Below, in pieces: positions 13,135-21,917 of a DNA stretch of 51,424 bases. A model generated the notes under the pieces. It made no database searches. It saw only the letters and a list, made by a program, of their open reading frames with translations, and had not been told where the DNA came from. How positions within the stretch are numbered: the stretch's first letter is position 1; every line of letters begins with the position of its first letter. A program made the position numbers and the translations under genes. This DNA comes from Salisapilia sapeloensis CBS 127946 (Eukaryota; Protista; Oomycota), in the NCBI GenBank assembly GCA_023334545.1, contig JAADVB010000128.1:1-51424 (forward strand), given 5' to 3'.

Positions 13135-15279
13135 TTAATTACCATTTGCACCGTCTTTCGGCTGCAATCGGAAGCACATGTGCACCGGTTTCGGAAGCTC
13201 CTTGAGCATCCGCATTGTCTCTTTCAATCCAAGACCTTCCGTCGAGATGCCTCCGAAGGACACGAGCCAGTCACCGTCTTGCAATCGATCCAGGCCTTGG
13301 GAATAACCATGGCCAGTGAGGCGAGACACGACGATGCGCTTGTCTTTCTTGCGCTTAAACGTGATGCCGAGCGGACCTTCCGCCCAGTTCACGTACACTT
13401 CGGGTGGCGGTAGTTGCTTTGTAACACGCGCTTGGTTGTGCAGCTTTGGTACAAGCTGACCAGAGGCGTCGATGCTGTCGTAGTCACTGAATTCAGAATT
13501 GGCATTGGATTGAATCGACATCAAGACACTGTTTGCCTTTTGCATGGCGACGTTCTGCGCTCGGTTCCGCTCTCGTTCTTCCTCAATGTACTTTTTCCGC
13601 AGCAGTTCAATCTTGCTGCCTTCCTTGTTCGTGTCAGGGTACGGCGGCGGTGGGCCTTCAATCGGCGGTCGCTCCCGTCCAGACATGGTGAAGACATCCA
13701 TGTAGCTCGGAGGGGGCGGCAGCTCCGTCACTGGCTTAATCTGGACCCTCCCATTCTCAATCTCGGACACTCGTGGCGGTAGATCCTCCTCTGCTTTCAC
13801 AACTTCATCGTACGATGGCGGAGGAGGAAGGTCCTCTTCGATCGGAGGCGACGGCTCTTCCAGTACTGTGTTACTGGTTATATTCGGCGGCGTCTTCCCT
13901 CCGCTCAACGGACGTGCAGGCTTATTTAAGGACTTGTCGCTTGAAGAACGAGCGTGGTGGAAATTACCGGACGTTGTGGCAGGCGCTTCCTTCCTCTGCG
14001 CTCGCAGTTGTCGAAAGTTGGGCACATGGTCATTCGTCACGGGGTCTGACCCCGCGTGGATCCGCGCGGGCTTCTCAAAGATGAGAATGACTGGTTTGCG
14101 GACCTTGCGGAGGTACTCGAAGGCTCCTTCAATGCCGAGCGTATCGACGTCTTTCCCTCCGATGCGAACAAAGACGTCTCCTGCTTCCAACTTGTCACTT
14201 AGAGGAGCAGACCCCTGTCCTGTAATCTTGGAGACGATGACTCTATGGTCCGTTCTGCGCTCGATGATCTGTATGCCGAGCAGCCCGTCCTTCCAGAGGA
14301 CAGAGTACTGGTTCGGACCGAGTTCAGGCTCCGCTTCGTCCAGGCGGAGCTTCCCGTGTCTCGCAGGGTCTCTCGTCGTACTGCTTGACGTAGTCCGCGT
14401 CGGCGGATCCGTCGGGTCGTTCGGATCGTGCCGTCGGAAACGCAAGTGGACGGGCTTTGCAGAGGTCTGCATGAGCTTGACGGTCTTCTTGAAGCCAATG
14501 TCAGCCGTCCGGTGACCGTTGATCGCGATGAGGACGTCATTGACCTGAATCTGCGCCACGGATGGACTCACTCCATTTCCTGTGACTGTCTTTACGAACG
14601 GCATGCCGTCCCTCTGTTTCACGCCGCACCCTAGAGGCCCTTCTGCCCATATCACGTCGTACTCATCTTCCGGAACGACGGGCATCGTAGGCACCGGTGC
14701 TTGTGACTGCTCTGTGACCAGGTCTTCTGGACTCAGTGGTCGAAAGACCAAGTGGATGGGGAACCTACCGCTCTTGAGTTGGCTCACGACCTCTTCAAAA
14801 GGCAGGCGAGTGACATCCTTCCTGTTCATCGAGACGAGGACGTCTCCGGCTCGAGCGTACTGGAGACCTTTTGCGTCCCCTTTCTTGTTGACGCGACGGA
14901 TGATCGGCACACCTGATGCGTTCTTGTGGAAGATGATGCCTAGCTGACCGTACTCCCACGTGATGGTGTAAAAGTCTTCGTCGTCTTCCGGCTCTTCCTC
15001 ATCCGGCACAGAGAGCGCTCGCGTGCGAGATTCGACGAGACTGCCGTCGATACTATCGTCTCTCAACAGACTGGATGCGTCCGACCGACGCAACGTCGAG
15101 TCCGATTGTCGGTTTCGACGCATGCTTTCGGAAAACTCTTCCGTATCTCGCCATCGATCACTGAGCTCGCTAAAGTCCGACTCTCGAATGTCGTCGGAGA
15201 GCATGTCGAGCTCCGAGTCGACATCCAGAGGAGCTCGGCTCGTGACTCCATGGGCCATTGGGCTTGGTAGAATGTACAA
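13135..15279 (-). CDS. Multi-PDZ scaffold protein (four PDZ-like domains) with PPxY motifs
   Basis: Four repeats of 'Y.v.W..G.LGi...' followed by 'GD.l....g' and 'v.l.Fr'. The proline-rich linker carries LPPPPSY twice and PPPPY. Confidence 0.8.
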   Translation of the reverse strand: MYILPSPMAHGVTSRAPLDVDSELDMLSDDIRESDFSELSDRWRDTEEFSESMRRNRQSDSTLRRSDASSLLRDDSIDGSLVESRTRALSVPDEEEPEDDEDFYTITWEYGQLGIIFHKNASGVPIIRRVNKKGDAKGLQYARAGDVLVSMNRKDVTRLPFEEVVSQLKSGRFPIHLVFRPLSPEDLVTEQSQAPVPTMPVVPEDEYDVIWAEGPLGCGVKQRDGMPFVKTVTGNGVSPSVAQIQVNDVLIAINGHRTADIGFKKTVKLMQTSAKPVHLRFRRHDPNDPTDPPTRTTSSSTTRDPARHGKLRLDEAEPELGPNQYSVLWKDGLLGIQIIERRTDHRVIVSKITGQGSAPLSDKLEAGDVFVRIGGKDVDTLGIEGAFEYLRKVRKPVILIFEKPARIHAGSDPVTNDHVPNFRQLRAQRKEAPATTSGNFHHARSSSDKSLNKPARPLSGGKTPPNITSNTVLEEPSPPIEEDLPPPPSYDEVVKAEEDLPPRVSEIENGRVQIKPVTELPPPPSYMDVFTMSGRERPPIEGPPPPYPDTNKEGSKIELLRKKYIEEERERNRAQNVAMQKANSVLMSIQSNANSEFSDYDSIDASGQLVPKLHNQARVTKQLPPPEVYVNWAEGPLGITFKRKKDKRIVVSRLTGHGYSQGLDRLQDGDWLVSFGGISTEGLGLKETMRMLKELPKPVHMCFRLQPKDGANGN

Positions 15280-15428
15280 TACACCGTGCGTAGGCTCTCG
15301 CCCTCGTCTCCCGTGGCTAATGCAGACGATATAGTAGAATACCGAGGTGAGTCACGTGTGTCGATGTGTCAAAGTTCTCTTGACTTGAATAAGTCTTTTA
15401 GAACAAATGCGACTGTCTTGCCACACGG

Positions 15429-17228
15429 ATGAAAAAGAAAAGAGAAGGAACTTCGGAAGAAAGACCGACGATGGCGCAGGAGACGCCAGCGAAGCCGCCT
15501 GCGCCCCGAGGAAGGTTTTCCACGCCTAATGTGAGTCTAGCTGACGGTGTAACTTTGCCGAATAAGAAGAAGGGAGGAGCGAAAGGAGCGTTGGAGCTAG
15601 CGATGTTGGCGGCGGACGTGCCATCGGATAAGCCGCCTGCGACACCAGTGAACAAGGCTGGTGGGAGGAAAAGAAGAGCAGTAGAACCGACGGGTGCAAG
15701 TCGAGTAGTCAAGTCTGTACTGGAATTTGCAGAGTCTGTAAAGAAGCAGAAGCGGGATAGACTGAGTGTATCACCGATCCAAGAGCCCACGACGCCTCGG
15801 TTGTCGTCACCGGAAGAGGACGAGGACCTCCGGTCCATCCAAAAGACACTGTTCACACCCAAGAGCGACCGCAAGTCTAAAAAGAGAAAGCCGAGGGCAG
15901 ATAGCAATGTAGTTAAGAAGCTTTCGTTTGTGAGTGACATCAAGTCCGAATCTACTCCGTCCAAGATCCTCCTGCAGGACTGGTGTGTCGTGTGGCCACC
16001 AGTCGTAGAAGCCGATATGACCATGTCTATTGGCAAAGTCCAGCCACAGTTAGATATACGAGGAATGGTGGATGGAAAGGAACAAGTGTATCGAGTAGCG
16101 AGGCGGAAGACGCATTCGACCTTTGAGTCTGTCGGTAGCGTAGCAGTAGAGCTGGACGATGGGATGTCGACGGTTAAGGCGGAGGAGGGACAGGTGCCGT
16201 CACAAGTGCAGGAGCTGATGCAGGATGGACTGCCGCAGCGAGTGTTGAAAAAGTTTAAAGCGATTGTAAACGAGTTAGATGCAGGTGTACGTCGCGATGT
16301 AAAGGAAGTGGAGCCAGAGGCAGAACCAGAGCCAAAGACTCCACTTAAAGAGATGACAGAGATGAAGCGAACGAAGAGCGGTCGAGTCGTGTCGCCTGTG
16401 CTGGATTGGTGGCGTGGCGAACGCAACGTTACGACGGTGGCTGGCGTGAAGAAGCATGAAGGGTCTCCCTCTCAGCTGGACAAGTCAGCTCCACATACCA
16501 AGAAGCGTATTATTCGGACGCTTCCGAAGAAACCTGTGAAGAAGGAACCGAAAAAGGAACCGAAAAAAGAGGACATCAGTTGGAGTCAAGAGCAACTGCA
16601 GGCGCTAGCAATAGCACAGCGCAACGTCCGAACGACTGGTAACTACTGGGCGAATGTGGCGAAGAGAGTGGCTGGGAAGACGGCGAACGAGTGCCGACTG
16701 AAGAGCTTGGAGGCGTTTGATGATGCGGCGACCAAGAAGAAGAAGGTGGGGAGAAAAATGAAAGTGGAGATGGACGACAAGGTGCCCAGAGCTGGTACGA
16801 ACAAGTTTAAGAAGCAAGTGCGTCGGTTTGTCCAAGAGTACGAGAAGCTGCATGCGGATGATGCGTTCGAGAACAGTGCTCAGGTGGCTCCAGACTTGGC
16901 GAAAGAGCTGGACGAGCTGGAGGCGCCAGGGACAATGGAGGTCATGCCGAGCCCGGAGAAAGTTGGTGTCGACTTCCTAGAGCCAATAAGCGCGAGTAAG
17001 CGAGATGCTGTCGATGCGTATGTTCGACAGCTAAAAAGAGGGAAGAGCCAGCTCATCAGTCCAGAGAAGATGGCTGCCAAGTCCAAAAAGCCAAAGCATA
17101 ATGTTCAGATGGAAGAGGAAAGTGGTGGGCGAGTGCTTAAAGCCGAGCAGAGTCCTGGGGGTACCACACGCGTGCGAGTGCAGAGAAGTGAATGGAGTGA
17201 CGAAGATGAAAGCAGTGATAGTGACTAG
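15429..17228 (+). CDS. MIS18BP1: KNL2/M18BP1 homologue (SANTA domain, CENP-C-like motif, SANT/Myb domain)
   Basis: SANTA-like region ILLQDWCVV...ELMQDGLPQRV. CENPC motif KRTKSGRVVSPVLDWWRGER. SANT SWSQEQLQAL...YWANVAKRVAGKTANEC. The post-SANT motif RAGTNKFKKQVRRFVQEY...DDAF resembles M18BP1 'KVGTLKRKQQMREFLEQ...DDFF' as I recall it. Confidence 0.8.
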   Translation: MKKKREGTSEERPTMAQETPAKPPAPRGRFSTPNVSLADGVTLPNKKKGGAKGALELAMLAADVPSDKPPATPVNKAGGRKRRAVEPTGASRVVKSVLEFAESVKKQKRDRLSVSPIQEPTTPRLSSPEEDEDLRSIQKTLFTPKSDRKSKKRKPRADSNVVKKLSFVSDIKSESTPSKILLQDWCVVWPPVVEADMTMSIGKVQPQLDIRGMVDGKEQVYRVARRKTHSTFESVGSVAVELDDGMSTVKAEEGQVPSQVQELMQDGLPQRVLKKFKAIVNELDAGVRRDVKEVEPEAEPEPKTPLKEMTEMKRTKSGRVVSPVLDWWRGERNVTTVAGVKKHEGSPSQLDKSAPHTKKRIIRTLPKKPVKKEPKKEPKKEDISWSQEQLQALAIAQRNVRTTGNYWANVAKRVAGKTANECRLKSLEAFDDAATKKKKVGRKMKVEMDDKVPRAGTNKFKKQVRRFVQEYEKLHADDAFENSAQVAPDLAKELDELEAPGTMEVMPSPEKVGVDFLEPISASKRDAVDAYVRQLKRGKSQLISPEKMAAKSKKPKHNVQMEEESGGRVLKAEQSPGGTTRVRVQRSEWSDEDESSDSD

Positions 17229-17250
17229 GTTGTATATTTATAATAGTAGA

Positions 17251-19038
17251 TCAACTTTGCTTTTGAACGAGGTATTTGTGCACGGCACGGAAACCGGACG
17301 AAAGAGCTGCTTGCATGGCGAGGCCGGACGTATCCGTTAGTCCCACGTGCTCATAGAGGTAGACTACGACGTCTAGATAACCGTTTCGAGACGCTTTCTC
17401 AAGCGCTCGAACGCTGCATCTTTCTGTACGGTGCTCATACAGGTAGGAGACTACGTCTAGATGTCCATTTTTACAAGCATCGTCGATCGCGAGGGTGGTA
17501 CATCCTTCTGTGCGATTTGCATCTAAGAACATGGCGATGTCGAGATGTCCATGTGCAGCAGCACCGTCCATTGCCTTCGAGGACGCACTATATCCTTGTT
17601 CATGGAGGTACTGCACGACGGTGTAGTGTCCATGCGAAGCAGCCATGTCCATTGCTTCTGTACTCCCGCCTTCTAAACGGTGCTCATGGAGCCACTTGAC
17701 AATGTCCAAGTGTCCATGCGCAGCAGCAGCGTCTAGGACAGACGCATGAAAGCGATTAGATTCGTCACTTGAAAGCTTTTGGATAGATGCCAAGTCACCA
17801 CTACGTGCCAGGGCACGGATGGCAAACTCATTGTACGAGCACCGTAGATTCTGCATGCTCCATTGGACGACTTGAGCCTTAGTGCAGCTACCGATGATCT
17901 GCTGGAAGACGCGGATGCGTGTGAGAGGAGAACGGACGTGAAACCATTGGATGATGTGCGTATGCCCAGACGACAGCGCTTCGAGTAGTAGAGACCCAGC
18001 GCGTTCATTGAATGGATCGTGGAGGTCACCTAGCATATTGTGATCGGACTGAAGGTACTCCAAAATGTGCAAGTGACCGTAGACGACGGATTCATGTGCT
18101 ATCGGATGGAGGGAATTGAAGGAATGAGGGTACTTTTGAAGCAGCCACTTTAAAATATCCAAGTGGCCGTGACGAGAAGCCACAACTGCAGCTCCTACAG
18201 CTCTACCTTCACAATGTGCGTGGTATAACCAGCGAACCATGTGGAGATTTCCACTGGCGGCAGCTGAAGGCAAACAGTCTCGATACGAGATCGGTTCGTC
18301 CAAGTACTCTTTCTGTTTCTTGTCTAGCCAAAGAAGTGTTTGCAGACTACCACTTTTGCAGCAAGAGCGGGAGAGAGCTGGAAGATCGATCGTGCTGAAC
18401 CACGTCGACTCTGTCTGTAAGGACTCGATGTATTCCATAACGTGGACATGCCCATTAGATGCTGCCTTGGTCATCGCGGCGGAAATGTTGTATCCTCCGA
18501 TGGAATGGCCGTAAAGCCACTTGACAGTATGCAAATCACCGCTTTCACAGGCACTCTCAAAGGCAGAGTTGGAATCAGCTATTCGTTCTTGCTGGCCAAA
18601 GTAGATCCACTCAAGGACGTTTAGACAGCCATGATGCGATGCAGCATTGATGCATTCGTGTGTTAGAGCTGTAGGTCGTTTGCTGAATAGATACTGCAGA
18701 GATGGAAGGTGACCGACGGACGCTGCTGTGTTGAGTGCGTCTCGAGGAATGCAGCGATCCGGATGCAGCTGTACAATGCATTTAAGCAAATCAAGGTTTT
18801 CTGCCGCTATGGCAGTGCCAAGTGCCTCTCGCCAGTCATTGTAGCCCACATGCTCATGGGCCTGCAGCATCCATCTCTTCATGAGACGCAAAGAATTGTG
18901 CCGGACTGCTTGGTGGAAGCGGAGTAGACTGCTAGCATCCAGAAACTGACTGACGAGGTTCTCCACATCCCGGTCTACACTTTTATCATGGACTACGACT
19001 GCGACAGACGTAAGTGCAGGTACAAAAGTCGACTCCAT
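17251..19038 (-). CDS. Oomycete-type ankyrin-repeat protein
   Basis: Many degenerate 'AA..GHLdiv.wLh' repeats, e.g. DAAAAHGHLDIVKWLHEHRLEGGSTEAMDMAASHGH. Confidence 0.85.
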   Translation of the reverse strand: MESTFVPALTSVAVVVHDKSVDRDVENLVSQFLDASSLLRFHQAVRHNSLRLMKRWMLQAHEHVGYNDWREALGTAIAAENLDLLKCIVQLHPDRCIPRDALNTAASVGHLPSLQYLFSKRPTALTHECINAASHHGCLNVLEWIYFGQQERIADSNSAFESACESGDLHTVKWLYGHSIGGYNISAAMTKAASNGHVHVMEYIESLQTESTWFSTIDLPALSRSCCKSGSLQTLLWLDKKQKEYLDEPISYRDCLPSAAASGNLHMVRWLYHAHCEGRAVGAAVVASRHGHLDILKWLLQKYPHSFNSLHPIAHESVVYGHLHILEYLQSDHNMLGDLHDPFNERAGSLLLEALSSGHTHIIQWFHVRSPLTRIRVFQQIIGSCTKAQVVQWSMQNLRCSYNEFAIRALARSGDLASIQKLSSDESNRFHASVLDAAAAHGHLDIVKWLHEHRLEGGSTEAMDMAASHGHYTVVQYLHEQGYSASSKAMDGAAAHGHLDIAMFLDANRTEGCTTLAIDDACKNGHLDVVSYLYEHRTERCSVRALEKASRNGYLDVVVYLYEHVGLTDTSGLAMQAALSSGFRAVHKYLVQKQS

Positions 19039-19209
19039 CTATTTCAAGTAGCAGGTACTAGATTCCTCTGCGAAGCTCTGGTAGACGAATGAGCCTTTCG
19101 CTGGTTGACGCATCGGAATGTCACCAAATAGCTCGATGCTAATTTGCATCCCATGATTTCGCAATCAACGTATCCTTGAAGACATGCACTCGGCACATCA
19201 TTCTTGATC

Positions 19210-20209
19210 ATGCTCGACCTAAGAGAGACTACCTCCGGCGTGGTCGGCGCCACCTTTTGCGTCTACTCTGGTCTGCCGTTCGATGTCATCAAGGTGCGAC
19301 TGCAGACGCAGAGCTCTATTAACCCATACTACAATGGCGTGCTGGACGCCGCTCGGAAAATTGCTGGTGAGGAGGGCGTCCGGGCGCTGTGGAAGGGCGC
19401 AGTGCCGGCACTCTCGAGCTCTATGATTGAAAACTCTGTGCTCTTCAGTGCAAATGGCATCGTGAAGCGTTTCTGGGTCGCCTCCTTCCTGCGCAACGAC
19501 AGCAACAACTTGTCGACACTCGATGAAGCCTTAATTGGCAGTGCCGCCGGCATCTTCTCCGCAACCGTACATTATCTTCTAAAGGTCTACAGTGCAAGTA
19601 CTAAATGGTAAATGGTCTGTAGGCAATCACGCCTGCAGAAGTAGTCAAGTGCCGTCTCCAGTTCCAACGCAGCCAAATCGGCAAAGGGGGTGGGATCACG
19701 TAATTGTACATTTAGGTGACCGCCATCCTAATGCAAAAGTAGAGTTCCACGGACCAATCGACTGCGTGCAAAAGGTCTTCAGGCAAGAAGGCACTAGAGG
19801 TCTCTTCCGAGGCTACAGCGCCCTGTTGCTCCGCGACGTTCCGTTCAACTTTTTCTTCTTCGGTTGCTACGAGTTCTACACTTCGACCCTAATGCGTCTA
19901 CTCGATCGGTCGTCCCGAAATGAGCTCCATCCTGGTCACATCCTCTTTTGCGGTGGACTGTCAGGCGCCACTGGCTGGAGCCTCATGTTCCCAGTCGACG
20001 TGCTCAAGTCCCAGATGCAAACGGCGGCGCTCAAGGCAGGAGCTAGCACCTCCCTTCGCGGTACACTGAAGCATGTCGTGCAAACGCACGGCGTCCGAGG
20101 CTTGTACCAGGGCTGGTCTGCGGCAGTGCTGCGTGCCTTCCCCGCAAACGGAGCGCTCTTCCTCGGGGTAGAGATGACCCACCGCTTCTTCCGAGCCACG
20201 GGCTTGTAA
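19210..20209 (+). CDS. Mitochondrial carrier (SLC25), ornithine/basic amino acid carrier-like; intron about 19567-19622
   Basis: Three carrier signatures: PFDVIKVRLQ, PAEVVKCRLQ (after splicing) and PVDVLKSQMQ. The motifs ENSVLF, RDVPFNFFFFGCYE and RAFPANGALF resemble SLC25A15/ORC1. The ORF-track start at 19204 is TTG, so the first ATG is 19210. Confidence 0.88.
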
Positions 20210-20241
20210 CAAATCGATCGTTCAGTTTGGAATGGAAACGT

Positions 20242-21917
20242 TTATTGTTTAAAAGCGAGGATGGCGCTATGCTGTCCGCCGGCATCGATCGCCAGGATCT
20301 GAGCGTCCCCGAACTGCGTATTCGTCCACTCGAGCTCCCTCGGCTTGGTCTCGTCCTTTTCCTCGCCATTTCCAAGCGCCAGCATATCCCCGTACCCCCA
20401 TGCAAAGACCTTGTCCTTATCCGAAAGTGCAATCGTATGGTTCGATCCGGCGGACACCATCTTTATCGGCGCATCCGTCGGGAACGTGACTTTGTGCGGC
20501 TTGTCTCGGAAGTCGCCTGTTTCGCACACCTCAAGCATACCGAGCTGCCCCGAGTCGCCTCTACCGAACGTATAGACGTCTCCTTTCAACGTCATGATGA
20601 CAGAGTGGTGCGTTCCTCCACTTACAAGAGATACGTTTTCATCGACTAGTGTGTCCACGAGCTGAAGCTCCTGGCAGTTATCTCTGCTGCCGATACCCAA
20701 TTGACCATAATTGTTCAGACCACACGTGTACAAGTATCCGTTCTTGCTGGTGGAGAAGAGCGAGTGGTAGGAGCCACACGAGATGGACTTGATGGACGGC
20801 AGGGGAGACGAGCCGAGCGTCACTTTGGCTGGAGTCAGGTGCTCCTTGTGCACCATGGACGTGTTGTACTCTCCGGACTCATCCTTGAAGTCCATGGTCG
20901 TCGCACGACCCATTTGACCCATCTCGTTCAGTCCCCACGAGTAGACGCTACCGTCGTGCGTTCGGGCGAGGTTGAAGACCGATCCGCAACGCACTTCGGC
21001 AACGTTAGACAGCGACTTGATCTGGTACGGACGCGTCTGTACATCTTCGTATGAGCACTAGGAACCATACGAGACGAAAAGGTAGAGACGTACCTGCTTC
21101 TGCTTAAAGGAGGACGCCGGCGAGTCCGAGTCACACCATGGCTTGCCCTCTTTGTCTTTGTAGCTGCCCCACGTGAACACTTTCCCAGCGGCCGTGAGCA
21201 CAGCTGTGTGGCAATCTCCACCGACCGCCTAGTTCGCATGACGACATGAGATAAGGATTTTGATTGTATAAAGCAAGAAAATGTACTTGAATGGCCCAAT
21301 GTTGATCCGGACCGAAGCCTTCGACCTTAGCTGGCATGTTCTCATCGCCGTCTCGACCTAGAGCGCCGTCGTCGTTGCAGCCCCAGGAGTAGACTTCGCC
21401 ATAGTAGGTGATGGCGATCGAGTGGAGACCACCGCACGAGAGCTGGATGATAGGAATTTTAGATAAAGCAGAGATGATGCGAGGGTACTTGACAATCATA
21501 TCGTCGTCTGTTTCTACACCATGGCCTAGCTGTCCACAGTCGCCGTTGCCGAACGTCATGGCCTAGTAAGAGTGTTTACATGGTCAATGCACGCCAAAGG
21601 GTACAAGTCAGAGAGGTACATACCGTGCCATATTGATCACCGAACTTGGACATGATCTCACGTGCATAGCGAATGTACTCGCGGGCGTTTTCACACCAGT
21701 CGCCATGGCGGTTTTGATCCCATTGCGATTGCAGAGCGTCCGAAAAGGTGGTGTTGAGCTTTTGCAGGTGCTGAGCGCGTCGCGAGTCGATCTGGCGACG
21801 ACGAAGCTCCGCGTCAGAAGCTCTGGTCATGCCCAGCTCGACATGGGTGTTTCCATTCGCATTCTGAGCCTCGAAGTCCTGCTTGGAGACGCCAGTATCC
21901 TCTCGTCCGCGCTTCAT
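20242..21917 (-). CDS. RCC1: RCC1 (Ran guanine-nucleotide exchange factor) with N-terminal Nup50-like exon; 4 exons
   Basis: Blade motifs match RCC1 proper: TFGNGDCGQLG, SWGCNDDGALGR, VFTWGSYKDKEG, GLNNYGQLG, TFGRGDSGQLG, FAWGYGDMLALGNG and DAGGQHSAIL. Exon 1 (21917-21624, 98 codons) splices in frame via intron 21623-21563. Confidence 0.9.

Noticed and set aside
13414-14947. Long ORFs antisense to real genes (e.g. 13868-14515, 30101-30775, 24041-24697)
   Set aside because: They have no recognisable motifs and are expected shadows of GC-rich codon usage on the opposite strand.
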